A DNA stretch of 64,000 nucleotides, from IMG/VR virus record IMGVR_UViG_3300037483_000303; one strand, given 5' to 3'. The DNA comes from an uncultured virus (IMG/VR IMGVR_UViG_3300037483_000303) (Duplodnaviria > Heunggongvirae > Uroviricota > Caudoviricetes). The notes under the pieces were generated by a model that saw nothing but the letters and a program-made list of their open reading frames with translations, was not told where the DNA came from and made no database searches. Positions 18,182 to 28,561 of the stretch are shown here, in pieces (positions within the stretch are counted from its first letter, which is position 1; each line of letters opens with the position of its first letter). The translations under genes and the position numbers were made by a program.

Positions 18182-19420
18182 CTACCCGCTCACCCGGCGC
18201 GGGGTTTGGCCGGTCAAGTCGGCATAACGTTGCAATGTTACGCTACAGTACGACGGGTCTATTTCTACGCCTCGACAACGGCGGCCTAGTTGCTCACAGG
18301 CGATTAGGGTTGTGCCGGAGCCGAGGAAGGGGTCAATGATTAAATCGCCTTCCTTGCTACTATTCTCCATTGGTCTAGTCATACATTCCATTGGCTTTTG
18401 GGTTGGGTGAAATTCATTTATGTTCGGCTGCTTAATATCCCACACCGTAACCTCATTGGTTGGCCCGTACCAGTTAGTTCCATCCCTTACACAGTAAAGG
18501 CAAGGCTCGTGTTTTTGCATATATTGGGCCATAAAATTCCCATAGTGGGGGTCAATCTTATTCCAGATAATTAAGGCTCTAATCTCAAAGCCATTATTCT
18601 CAACAGCTTCATATACTGGTTTGCCTCCTCTGTCGGCAAACCAGATATATAGCACTCCCTTATCGGCTCTATGGTCTTTCCATACCGATAAAAAAGCACC
18701 GTATAAAGCAGACGAGGAATCGCCACTTAATTTTTCTCTTGGGACATTTGAAATCGGGTTACGCCCTCCCTCATAATTAACTCCATAGGGTGGGTCAGTC
18801 ACAAGAACGTTAAATAGCTCTCCCCTCATCACCGCCTCTACCGTTGCCCTATCCGTGCAATCGCCACAGGCTAGCCGGTGTTGCTCCAATTCCCACACGT
18901 CGCCAGCCTTGACACCCCAAACCTTTTGGAGTTCTGCGGCCTTATCTATTTGTGGCCCGGAGTCCTCTTTCTGCTGATGCCCATTGATCCCCGCCCTCGC
19001 CTTCAGCGCCGCCAGCATCCCCGCCAGTCCCGGCCTATCTATCGTCATCGCCTGCGTTCTTTCGAGTAGCGCGGCCAGCTTGTCGGCTATCGGTTCAGCC
19101 TGTTCGGTAATGGCGTCAAGGGTTGCCAGGGCCAGGGCCTCTTCGTCATCGGTCAACTCAACATAGTTGACGGGTATGAGTGGCTGGCCCTTGAGAATAG
19201 CAAGTTCGATTCTAAGATGACCATCAATAACTCGCCCACTAGATTTATTAAATAGAACCGGCTGCAAGACGCCAATAGAATCAAGCGCATCTTCCAGGGC
19301 ATCCCGTTGAATTTGCGGATGGTGCCGCCAGTTCAAAATGTTGTACCCTTTGGCAAGTTCCTGCGGGTCGGCTACACCACTTTCCGTGATTCTATTTCGC
19401 CAGAATAGATCATCACTCAT
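18182..19420 (-). CDS. ParB-like N-terminus fused to an N4/N6 DNA methyltransferase
   Basis: IDGHLR; TDPPYG; HPTQKP; DPFLGSGT. Confidence 0.9.
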   Translation of the reverse strand: MSDDLFWRNRITESGVADPQELAKGYNILNWRHHPQIQRDALEDALDSIGVLQPVLFNKSSGRVIDGHLRIELAILKGQPLIPVNYVELTDDEEALALATLDAITEQAEPIADKLAALLERTQAMTIDRPGLAGMLAALKARAGINGHQQKEDSGPQIDKAAELQKVWGVKAGDVWELEQHRLACGDCTDRATVEAVMRGELFNVLVTDPPYGVNYEGGRNPISNVPREKLSGDSSSALYGAFLSVWKDHRADKGVLYIWFADRGGKPVYEAVENNGFEIRALIIWNKIDPHYGNFMAQYMQKHEPCLYCVRDGTNWYGPTNEVTVWDIKQPNINEFHPTQKPMECMTRPMENSSKEGDLIIDPFLGSGTTLIACEQLGRRCRGVEIDPSYCSVTLQRYADLTGQTPRRVSG

Positions 19421-19576
19421 CTATCTCTTCATCCTCAGCAGCCCGCGTCTCCCGTGCTTCTTCCTCCGCCTCCCGCCACAACTGCTCTAACTGGTCGGAC
19501 AATTCGATACCCGGCTCATCAGTGCCGGAGAGTAGCAGACCGCGTTCATCACAGCAAAGGTGTGATAGGCAGGTGC

Positions 19577-20128
19577 TCATTTCTCTAACACCTTTAGCCG
19601 CTGATCGAACGTAGTAATCCACTCTTCGACAGCGGATAGTCGGTCAAGCAGTGGTACAACCCCAACACGCTGAAGCTGAAAGGTCAACGACACGCCAGTA
19701 TGGTTAAACCGGCCCAGTGGCGGGATTTTCCATGTGCAATTGCGGACGATTGGAGACGGATATAACAGATCGCCGTCTCCATTTCTGTACCATACCCAAA
19801 TGTTCTCCCCGCCCTCGCCAACTGTATGCTGAGCGTAGCCCATTGCGTTGGTTCGCTGAGCATTGCCTTTGAGAACGTTTGGAGCGTTGCGCCAGTGGTT
19901 AGCGCGAGGGGGTAGGTTGATGGGGTTTCCAGTGTCGTAGCCAAATATCACGTCTACCCCACGCATGGGGCGACCATCCTCGTCTATTACCGTTACCTGG
20001 TGATGCTGCTCAATGTCAGCCTGCTCACAGCCGACTAACACAAACTCGCCGAGCAGAGAGGCATCGGGGGTAACGAGTTGCATGCCCCATTCGTTCATTT
20101 CGGGAGGGATGAAAATTAAGGGTGTCAT
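19577..20128 (-). CDS. Hypothetical protein
   Basis: 183-aa ORF; VTVIDEDGRPMRGVDV resembles a carboxypeptidase-regulatory-like strand. Confidence 0.55.
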   Translation of the reverse strand: MTPLIFIPPEMNEWGMQLVTPDASLLGEFVLVGCEQADIEQHHQVTVIDEDGRPMRGVDVIFGYDTGNPINLPPRANHWRNAPNVLKGNAQRTNAMGYAQHTVGEGGENIWVWYRNGDGDLLYPSPIVRNCTWKIPPLGRFNHTGVSLTFQLQRVGVVPLLDRLSAVEEWITTFDQRLKVLEK

Positions 20129-20137
20129 AGGTTGATC

Positions 20138-20446
20138 CTATCTAATGATACACTGTGGTCCAGCGGGTAATTCCATGCCCCCGACCTCCCGGTATTCGCC
20201 GTCTATTACTAACGAATCGGCAGGCAAGGCATAGTCTGATACATATTCAGTACGCCAGGTAAAGTCAGGCGATGCTTCCGTTTCGGGTGCTACATCTGCA
20301 TAAGTTCCCATCGATTCACACGGCTTGAAACTGATCCATTCATCAGGTGACGTACGAACATTACCTGAGAAAAGATCGAGCACCAATCGATCAAAACTTC
20401 GCCCCACTACCTCAGCCATTATTTTACGGATAGCTTCATCGTTCAT
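20138..20446 (-). CDS. Hypothetical protein
   Basis: Coupled ORF. Confidence 0.5.
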   Translation of the reverse strand: MNDEAIRKIMAEVVGRSFDRLVLDLFSGNVRTSPDEWISFKPCESMGTYADVAPETEASPDFTWRTEYVSDYALPADSLVIDGEYREVGGMELPAGPQCIIR

Positions 20447-20690
20447 TCAAGCCTCACCACATCAGCGGGCAGGCCGCCAACATAGGGGAAGCTGGACCCA
20501 TACCGTTTTGCCTCGGCATCCCAATAATGTACCCGTATCTCGGTATCATATTCACAATATAGCCGCTTGCCATCGGCGCTTAAATGGGTGGCATCCTGTA
20601 TCAATTTGGCCGCCTTATGGTTAGCCAGGGGGATGGAGTTGGGGGGCAGTGGTTGCGCGTGGGGATTGTATGTCGTCGGCAGTCCGTACA

Positions 20691-20927
20691 TTATTCGTTC
20701 TGCTCCCATACCTGATCCTGTGCCTGCGTAGGTTGATCTGCGCCTCGTGTGTCGAGTGGCACAAGATAGGTAGTCAGGTAAGCAATGCACTTTTCGACAT
20801 CGGTAATGAGTATGGCAAAGCGCCGGTCGAGTTCGCTGCGGTCATTGGGCTTGCTGGCTTTGAGGTCATCCAGGAATGAAACTAACTCGCCTAACAGAAG
20901 TTTGCTATGGGTCATTTTAATGTCCAT
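20691..20927 (-). CDS. Small helical protein
   Basis: KPNDRSELDRRFAILITDVEK. Confidence 0.55.
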   Translation of the reverse strand: MDIKMTHSKLLLGELVSFLDDLKASKPNDRSELDRRFAILITDVEKCIAYLTTYLVPLDTRGADQPTQAQDQVWEQNE

Positions 20928-21109
20928 ATAGGCCGAGGCCGTCTAAGCTCCCATCCATTCAAACGCTTATACGATCCACAGTACAAACACCATTGAATCG
21001 ATTCATCCTCGATGTCACCTTCAAGAATGTCGAACCTAACGATATAATCAGGATGCGTACAACGTGAAAGCAGCCAATCCAGTAATTTTGCTAAAAGAAA
21101 TTCAATCAT
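20912..21109 (-). CDS. Small Cys-containing protein (leaderless)
   Basis: ATG 21109 about 7 nt after TGgTATAAT; CxH...WCLYCG. Confidence 0.5.
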   Translation of the reverse strand: MIEFLLAKLLDWLLSRCTHPDYIVRFDILEGDIEDESIQWCLYCGSYKRLNGWELRRPRPIWTLK

Positions 21110-21188
21110 ACGAGCATTATACCACACGCTTACCTCTTATGACAAGAGGGATATATATATTGTCTATTGTAGTAGGCCATAATGCCTA

Positions 21189-21217
21189 TTGCAATTGTAA
21201 CAGTATAGTGATATAAT
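21189..21217 (+). promoter_or_regulatory. Early promoter
   Basis: TTGCAA-17-TATAAT with TG; related copies at about 21696-21724 and 43146-43174 share a downstream AAGAT(T)AGAAATTCA-like motif. Confidence 0.75.
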
Positions 21218-21253
21218 TATATCAAGATTAAATCACTTTTAGGAGATACAAAA

Positions 21254-21454
21254 ATGACAACCATTATCACCATTAGCAATAAAGATTATGAAGTTATCCA
21301 GGAGCAAGATGCTAAAAAGAACTTGGCAGTTATGGGAATCAAAACAAGCCTGATCTTAAAGCAAGTCAAAAGCAATTGTTTCTGGACAGCTTACCGGCGC
21401 ACAAATGGTAACTTTACCAAGCCTGCTAGATGTCTAGCACCAAAGGGTAAATAA
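21254..21454 (+). CDS. Hypothetical early protein
   Basis: AAGGAG RBS. Confidence 0.6.
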   Translation: MTTIITISNKDYEVIQEQDAKKNLAVMGIKTSLILKQVKSNCFWTAYRRTNGNFTKPARCLAPKGK

Positions 21455-21682
21455 ATGACCATTAAAAAAGTAACATCATATTTCGATGACGGCATTAAGA
21501 TGCTAACCGCCGCCGAAGCCGCCGAGAAACTTAGCGTCAAGGCTGGCATAGTCCGGCGCTATTGCCGCGAGGGTAGACTGGGCCAGCTAGAGGGCAAGGT
21601 GTGGCTGATCGCACCCGCCGAGTTGGAGCGATTCAAGGCGATTCCGCGCCGCCGAGGTAATCCTAATTTTGGTAAAAGATAG
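21455..21682 (+). CDS. Excisionase-like/HTH_17 DNA-binding protein
   Basis: MLTAAEAAEKLSV...VRRYCREGRL...WLI. Confidence 0.75.
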   Translation: MTIKKVTSYFDDGIKMLTAAEAAEKLSVKAGIVRRYCREGRLGQLEGKVWLIAPAELERFKAIPRRRGNPNFGKR

Positions 21683-21765
21683 GCTAAAGGTACTATATCA
21701 ATTGTGACGTTCGTATGTTATAATAGTACCAAGATTAGAAATTCACTCACAAAGGAGAATAGACA

Positions 21766-23250
21766 ATGTTAATCGCAGAAACCGCAATGTGTATCAAATC
21801 TGAGTTAATTGACATTACTGTCAAAGTTGAACAAGTATCATCCCAAGAATTTGTTGTCACCATCGAAGGTACTGATCTACGAATGGCTAACCGCTTTGAT
21901 AATTTAGATGACGCAATGGACACATACAAAAGTGCTGACATTGCTTATGTTTTAGCTTTATGCGGAGAATAGAAATGGACTACATAATGAGCTTCATCTT
22001 CGACACCCTACTAGACGACCTGTGGCTACCGGTCCCGACTGGCTACAAAAAAGAGGCCACCCGCGTCGCCTTTACCCTGGCCTTCATAACAGTACTCAGC
22101 ACGGATGACCAATGTACGCTTGCAAGTAAACGGAGAGTAAGATGCATCAGCAAATAATCGCCTCAGAACTATCTCAGCTTGGATTTACTACCCAGACCAC
22201 CGAAACCGGTGTACTGGTCAGCCTCAATCGGCCGATCAGCCGAATGGAAGTCGAGACGGCACTAGAGCAGACAATCGAAGGTGTCACGTTTACCACCTAT
22301 CAAGTTCACAGAAACACAATTCACGTTATAACGGAGGAATAATGACTGACCAATGGAATCCCATCTCGAAAGAGGAACAACAATATCAAATGGCTAACGA
22401 AGTAGACAAAGGTTACATGGAAGAATCTGCATACCAAGATGGTATGGTAGCTAGAGCAATGGATTTGCCTAGAGCGCGGAATCCCTATTTCAAAAACTTC
22501 TATGAGCTATATAGCGCCTGGGATGATGGATGGTTCGAGGCTGTAGCTTACACGGAGACAAAATGACACATTCACCCTGCACAGTGAAGCTCTATCTGCC
22601 AGAAGTTAAAGTCCTGGTCAATGGCGAGATCGTAACCGGGCAGGTCACCGGGACAATGGAGGACTGGTCCACCGTGATCGTAAACGGCGTTAATTATGAG
22701 TTTAGATGGCAGACAATAGCCAATTCGCTGAATAGCGGAAAGCCGCTGAGGATAGAATGAAAACCATCGAATTTCGCCCGCTTAGAGGTGAAACATTAAA
22801 CGCCGTTATTGATGATCTTCCCTGGCGATTCAGTTACTCGCCCTGCGACGGGCTACACTTCTCAGTACCTCATAACAGCAATGGCATGTCAAGAAAGTGC
22901 TCATGGGAGAACTGGTTAGCGTTTAGCGGCTACCTTATACCATACCTGCTATTCAACAGTAGCGAATGTAAGTTATTGTTATCATCTGAAAGAGAGGTAA
23001 AATGATAACCATAGTTAAATTCGACTTTCCAGATCAGCCGGGGCCATCGGACGAGTATGTGCCACTGGCAGAGTTTGAGGTGCTCGAAACTCACACCAAT
23101 CTATTGGCGAGAGAAACCTACGAGTTAAAGGTCCTGCTACGGCGAGTAATCGAGATATCACTTCTATTTGACGATTGCTATGATTACGATACCGAGGCGT
23201 ATCGCAAACTCAACCAACTTATACTGGATTGTGAGGCGGCGCTAAAATGA
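21766..23250 (+). other. Array of small coupled early ORFs (21766, 21960, 22142, 22342, 22530, 22757, 23002)
   Basis: Consecutive short ORFs with RBS and start/stop overlaps. Confidence 0.6.
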
Positions 23251-23480
23251 ATATCTCATTATTTGGATACACGATAGAAGTTTACAAGAGCAAGTATGGC
23301 CGCAAGTTGGCCCGTAAGATACTTGCACAGTCACACTCGTATACCTCAAATCAAGCGGGGTATAAGATAGCACTCATTAAGGCGCTTAGAATCGACCAGG
23401 ACATCAGCCTGAAAGATGCAAAAGATGCGGTTGAATCTATGTTTGATTTTGACGATAACGGGAGGCCAAGAATCAAATGA
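23247..23480 (+). CDS. Ribosomal protein bL12 C-terminal-like domain protein
   Basis: KIALIKALR...SLKDAKDAVE matches the bL12 CTD helix motif. Confidence 0.6.
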   Translation: MNISLFGYTIEVYKSKYGRKLARKILAQSHSYTSNQAGYKIALIKALRIDQDISLKDAKDAVESMFDFDDNGRPRIK

Positions 23481-23739
23481 ACTACGGCCCGGCCTCTATC
23501 CTCTACCTGCCCCCCACGCCACAAAGTGACATCACCTCAGCCGAGCACGCGCTGCGGGCTGCGCTGGCCGGTACTGAGGCGGTGTGGCTGACGACGCAGG
23601 GGAAGCCGTTGTTTGAAATTGATTTGACGGGGGTAGTGGATGACGGAAGGCAGAAACCCCGATACCTCAAAATGAAAGAGGCCCAACCCGACCAGGATTG
23701 AACCTCTTTCGACAAGGAGAGAAAACCGGGAACGCCAGA

Positions 23740-23768
23740 AGTATATCATACCTCGTTTAACTTTTCAA
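23740..23768 (-). promoter_or_regulatory. Promoter for a putative small RNA
   Basis: TTGAAA-17-TATACT with TG; no convincing ORF downstream. Confidence 0.6.
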
Positions 23769-23958
23769 CTCTTTGAGGGCTTTACCAGAAAATCGCCCAC
23801 GCGCAGGCTGCCAGCCCAAGCCCTGCCAGCATCCCCGATACAAACCAGCCCGCTTTCTCGCTAACCTGTTGCCAGGGTGTTTTTGTGACCAGTAGCGGTT
23901 TTGAAATGGGATTCCCGCTGGCGTCTATGGGCCAGATAAAGGTGCGCTTAGTTGGCAT

Positions 23959-24414
23959 CTACTCTTCAAACCAACGGGCAATGAGTAGGATCAGGTAAAT
24001 CTCATTCGGTTGCAAATCGAACCGTTGTACCTGCTTCTGTAAAGCATCCTCAAATGTACCTGTGCCATACGTGGCAGTAGCGGCCAACCAATCAATCACC
24101 ATCTCAATAAAGTCAATCAGATTCATATCTCTGATGCCGTTTGAGTGATATTCGGGGTGATGCCTGTTACGTGAAAAGTGAAGCTCAACCGTATTATTAC
24201 CTAGAATCGAGGCATTATACTCAGGTGAGCCAAAAGGGTACTTTCTGGCTACCTGGTTAATTTCAACAAAACCTTCAAACTCATCAGGCTTGAATTTTGA
24301 CAGGTCGTGTAAATCGGCCCGCTTTTCAAGCTCGTGCGCCAACGTTCCGAGTCGCGCTTTAACCTGTCCCTGATGATTGAGCATTGTTACGAGCGTTTTG
24401 GTTTCTTCATTCAT
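23959..24414 (-). CDS. DUF5662-like HD-related protein
   Basis: HDLSKF, NRHHPEY, MNLIDFIEMVIDW. Confidence 0.7.
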   Translation of the reverse strand: MNEETKTLVTMLNHQGQVKARLGTLAHELEKRADLHDLSKFKPDEFEGFVEINQVARKYPFGSPEYNASILGNNTVELHFSRNRHHPEYHSNGIRDMNLIDFIEMVIDWLAATATYGTGTFEDALQKQVQRFDLQPNEIYLILLIARWFEE

Positions 24415-24750
24415 ATAGTATAATATCCCTGTCGGGTGGCTAGTGCGCCTTGCGGTAATCAGTCCGCAAGTGACTCGCTGGCATCAGGATTCGCAGTAAT
24501 CCCCCCGACATTGTAGATTCCTATTTGCTGCTCCTTAGTATATGACCTATGGCCGCAATGAGGACAAATCCACTCGTGCTTATCTGGCGGATCACCTATA
24601 GCCCACCAACCGCCACACTCACCACAGCAAAAATGATATAGAGTTTCAATCACGTAGGTTATCATGGTCCCCACTTCCCCGACCTGAAAATTATCACCAG
24701 CATAATGATGAGTAGTGCCGCTAAAACGGCCAGGATGACAAGTACGGTTA

Positions 24751-25377
24751 TCATTTTAGCGGCGTTCTTCCTGACCGCCTGATCTCTTCTCCGATAGCCA
24801 ATTTATTGTCTAGCACGACCTCCCGTATCTTGTAAAGGGCCATCCATCCGCTAACTGCCTGTTCTAAATTGCCCAGTGTATGAACAGTCTGCCCCAGTTG
24901 CGCTTTAGCATTAGGCGGCAGATTCACAACTTCGAGCACATTGAGTATATCCAGCCGGGACTGGTGGACCTTGTTCAGATTCCCATTAAGGTCAATCAGT
25001 ACTTTGGCCGCATCTTCGTTTTGCCTGGCCAGTACCCAGACGGCCATTAGGCGTTCATTTTGATGTACCTGATACTTACGATAACCGCCAACCAGCAGAC
25101 CAACAGCTACCGTCAAGAAGCTGACCTGAATCGCCCGACTGACATCTAATGGGATAGCCAGTAGACTATAAGCCGAAATGAGAATAGATAATGTAATACT
25201 GTAGCGTAGACCTGCGACCAAGCCGCCTATGAGCAGAAATAGCCATAGCCAGCTAAGTGTCACAGAGAAACCAAATATCATGCTGGCAGTATGGTAAGCT
25301 ATGCTAAAGAGAATAGCACCGGTAAAGCCAATCCACCTGGGGATAGAGAATAGCCAGTCGAATAACCTATTTACCAA
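24751..25377 (-). CDS. Multi-TM membrane protein with a C-terminal coiled region
   Basis: About four hydrophobic helices followed by a soluble helical tail. Confidence 0.65.
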   Translation of the reverse strand: MVNRLFDWLFSIPRWIGFTGAILFSIAYHTASMIFGFSVTLSWLWLFLLIGGLVAGLRYSITLSILISAYSLLAIPLDVSRAIQVSFLTVAVGLLVGGYRKYQVHQNERLMAVWVLARQNEDAAKVLIDLNGNLNKVHQSRLDILNVLEVVNLPPNAKAQLGQTVHTLGNLEQAVSGWMALYKIREVVLDNKLAIGEEIRRSGRTPLK

Positions 25378-25891
25378 GATTATCCTTTATCTGTTTTGTC
25401 GCTCGTTCTAATGCCCGGATAATCTTAAATGCACTACCTATCATAGCAGCCTCGATTACCGCCTGAAATAGATTGTCCTCACTGGCGCTGGCAATCAAAT
25501 GTGTCAACTGGCCCGCGTTCTGTTCTAGCAACAAATCCACCCGGTCAAGTAACTCTTGTGGTGTAAATGGCTTGGACAGAAAACTGGTGATGTACGGATT
25601 GATGCCACTCACGTCTTTGGTACTGGCATAGCCACTGATTGCCAAGATTGGCATACCGGCCAGCATCGGCGCACCGGCCAGGATAGGAGCCAGGTCCGCG
25701 CCGGTCGGGACAGAGTGCTCAAGCATAATATCCAGGATCGTGAGCTCCGGCTTGAATAGGCTAATTAACTTGAGTGCATCCTGCCCGGTTGACGCCTCGA
25801 CCACATAATGCTTTTTGTCGAATGTAGCTTTTATAAAGTCCCGAACTGTCTTGTCGTCGTCTATTAACAGAATGATTGCCATTAGTTCCAC
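25367..25891 (-). CDS. Response regulator receiver (REC) domain protein
   Basis: ILLIDDD, LTILDIML, LAISG, FLSKPF. Confidence 0.88.
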   Translation of the reverse strand: MELMAIILLIDDDKTVRDFIKATFDKKHYVVEASTGQDALKLISLFKPELTILDIMLEHSVPTGADLAPILAGAPMLAGMPILAISGYASTKDVSGINPYITSFLSKPFTPQELLDRVDLLLEQNAGQLTHLIASASEDNLFQAVIEAAMIGSAFKIIRALERATKQIKDNLGK

Positions 25892-26394
25892 GTCTCCAAT
25901 AACACGCCATCTAATTTCTGTAAGTAATTAACCGCTACACGCAAGCCAGAAAATAACTTGCGTTGGCGGGATTCTGATTGTTTGGCAAAAGCCAGGGTGA
26001 AGGCGGGTATCATTACATTTTCCAGCATCCAGGCGATTGTCACATCATCCTTCAGTAGCCACTCTCGCAGGTTGGTAATGATAGTTTCGGCGTCCAGACT
26101 CTTGTAATATTGGACATCAATTATGTCACCTGTGATTGCCTGCTGATCGAGCAGCAACTCAGACGCCTCGATAGCGGTGGATTGCTCCTTTAGAGTGACC
26201 TTGACCAACTCGCCAATCTCTTTTACCAGGGCATCAACAGCCAGCATAGCGGTGTGAGCGACTTCTGCCACGCGCTGATCTACTCCGTGACTATCCCGGA
26301 TTAAGCCGACGGGCGGGATCAGGTCTTCCAGCCGTTCCATAATAGATTTCGACTTTGGTTTTCTGGTCCATAACTTTCTTAATCGCTGTAACAT
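25882..26394 (-). CDS. Hypothetical protein
   Basis: Coupled ORF. Confidence 0.55.
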   Translation of the reverse strand: MLQRLRKLWTRKPKSKSIMERLEDLIPPVGLIRDSHGVDQRVAEVAHTAMLAVDALVKEIGELVKVTLKEQSTAIEASELLLDQQAITGDIIDVQYYKSLDAETIITNLREWLLKDDVTIAWMLENVMIPAFTLAFAKQSESRQRKLFSGLRVAVNYLQKLDGVLLETWN

Positions 26395-26395
26395 T

Positions 26396-26908
26396 TTATT
26401 CTAGTTGCTCCCTGATTCTGGTCATCGATTCTTGTGCCTTTTTAATCTTGTTTTGATATTCTGCTAATTCGTTCATAAGTGGAACCGTCTCGCCATATTT
26501 GGCTATCTGCCCTGCTACGTGGTTAGAGTTTTTTTGGTACTGGATTATCAAATCCTGCTGGTTGACAAGCTCTTCCGCAAGCGTATCTTCAATCTGCTGT
26601 CTGGAGAATTTGGCTTCAACCTCCCGCGTCTCCTGGTTACCGCCACCAGTCATTTTTACCATGATGATATATCGCTGCAATTCACGGAGGCTTTTGTCCA
26701 GCTTGTCAGACCAACGGGTATTTTCTTGAAAATGGTCCCGCAGGTGCTCACGTTGTTCTTCCTGCGCCAGCCTGAGAGAGTCAAGCTCGTCCATGCTCCT
26801 GACGTACCTTTCAAGCACCGAAGAGGTCACAACTACCAGGTTGCGAACCTGGCGCGTAAGGTCATTGATAGCGGCAATGAGTTTGTCAAGGTCGGCTTTG
26901 GTCGGCAC
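26396..26908 (-). CDS. Coiled-coil hypothetical protein
   Basis: First gene after a TAGACA...TGaTATAAT promoter at about 26918-26946. Confidence 0.6.
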   Translation of the reverse strand: MPTKADLDKLIAAINDLTRQVRNLVVVTSSVLERYVRSMDELDSLRLAQEEQREHLRDHFQENTRWSDKLDKSLRELQRYIIMVKMTGGGNQETREVEAKFSRQQIEDTLAEELVNQQDLIIQYQKNSNHVAGQIAKYGETVPLMNELAEYQNKIKKAQESMTRIREQLE

Positions 26909-26943
26909 ATTGGAGTCATTATATCAAAAAATGTGACTTGTGT

Positions 26944-27273
26944 CTATGAGGGGGGATTTACGCAGGGCTTGAGTTCCCGTATAACTCTAAGCATCTCAGG
27001 CCAGAGGTAACGGTCATCTGCCTTGCCTCGCTGCTTCCCGGCTTGACTGAAAGGTTGGCATGGGAATCCCCCGCAAATAAGGTCAACTGGTTCGAGTTGT
27101 TCTTTTGTGACATTTTTTATATCTCCAAACCTGGATACATTGGGCCAGTGTTTAGTAAGCACCTTTTGGCAAAATTCATTATTTTCTACCTGCCACTTGC
27201 AAACCATGCCAGCCCTTTCAAGACCAAGATCAAACCCCCCAATACCGGAGAATAGAGAACCAAAGGTTATCAC
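26944..27273 (-). pseudogene. Truncated C5-cytosine DNA methyltransferase
   Basis: LFSGIGG and GGFPCQ present; stops just before the ENV motif. Confidence 0.8.
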
Positions 27274-27471
27274 TCTCTCCTCACTTCCACTTGCTCACCA
27301 TTGTCAAATTCAAACGTTACCGACTCCTGTTTGCGGTCGGCAAAGAATGCTTTGAGCCGACTTATGACATCCTCACTACAGAATGCAAAACAGCCGAGTA
27401 GCACATTGGTGGTAGCATACTCGACCGCCTTGCGATTCGGATTGGTTGGATTATTACGGATAAAGGTAAAT

Positions 27472-27705
27472 TTATCCATCTATCGCCTCGCTTCCCTTAA
27501 CCGTCAACCACACTGAGCCATTATATCCCGATCCCATATTTATCAGTCCCGCCCGTCTTAGCTCCCTGATATGTTGCCAAAAGGCAGCATCGGTTAAATT
27601 CAGCCGTTGCTTTATTTCGTGCCTGAGTTTGCCCTTGCTAACAGGCTGAAATAATGAGATTATGAGCAAAATAGATATGTCAATCACATTGATCTTGCCA
27701 CTCAC
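27472..27705 (-). CDS. Winged-helix DNA-binding protein
   Basis: HIRELRRAGLI...VWLTVKG. Confidence 0.6.
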   Translation of the reverse strand: MSGKINVIDISILLIISLFQPVSKGKLRHEIKQRLNLTDAAFWQHIRELRRAGLINMGSGYNGSVWLTVKGSEAIDG

Positions 27706-28561
27706 TAAAAAACTTCAACCAATTCGCTTCTGACATGCGCGTGTTGACTACGCTGCCAAGCCACGCCTTGAACGCCTGGCGATCGGTCCGACTCATCATC
27801 TGGCCGGTACACCATTTGTCAAAGCTCATCAGCATAACCACACTACCAGCGCATATTCTGCCCGATGGGTCAGCGTGACGCACTGGCGTATTGTCATCAT
27901 TGGCAAGTACAATGCGCTTGCAGGTAGAACAAGTAACAGTTTTCACTTTTTTAACAACCTTGCCGCTTTCTCTTTATCCTTCGGGCTAATGAGGACCAGA
28001 CCGCCCAGTGTGGCAGTGGCCTTGATCCCATTTTGCTCTAATGCCGTTTTTGTGAGTATCGCATTTTCAAAACTCGCTTCTGAGCTAAATAACTCACTTC
28101 GGCCTTTCAGGGCGACATCCAGAATATCAAACGTTATCCAATCAAATAATCCCATCGGTTAATTCTCCCAGTGCATTTCATTCCTCCGGCTTAACAGCCA
28201 TATCCAGCAAGATTGTAGCCAGATTGTCGTCACTCATTTCAATTCACCAACGGTAGTACATCATCAATCCAGCCATCCACTTGGTCTAGCTCAGCTTGTG
28301 CCCGTTGCATCTGGATATAAAACTCCGACTCAAATCCTACCGGCTCGCCATTCCCGCCTAGCATTTCGATAAACTCACCTTCAGGTCGGCGGGTATCCAA
28401 TTCGGCCTCAATTGCGGATAGTTCAAGGTTGAGCCAGTCCAGACCTCGCTGATTGAGTAGCCGATTTGAAACGCAGCCACTTTCTTTAGTAACGTTCAAA
28501 ACTTCAACGTGCCTGAGTAATCGATCAGTAGTCATTACTTGGTAGTTCATTTTTTATCTCC

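Noticed and set aside
21455..21682. Integration module implied by the excisionase-like HTH gene
   Set aside because: No integrase or att-like site recognisable in this window
23680..23740. tRNA suggested by GGTTCAATCC on the minus strand
   Set aside because: No cloverleaf, D arm or acceptor stem
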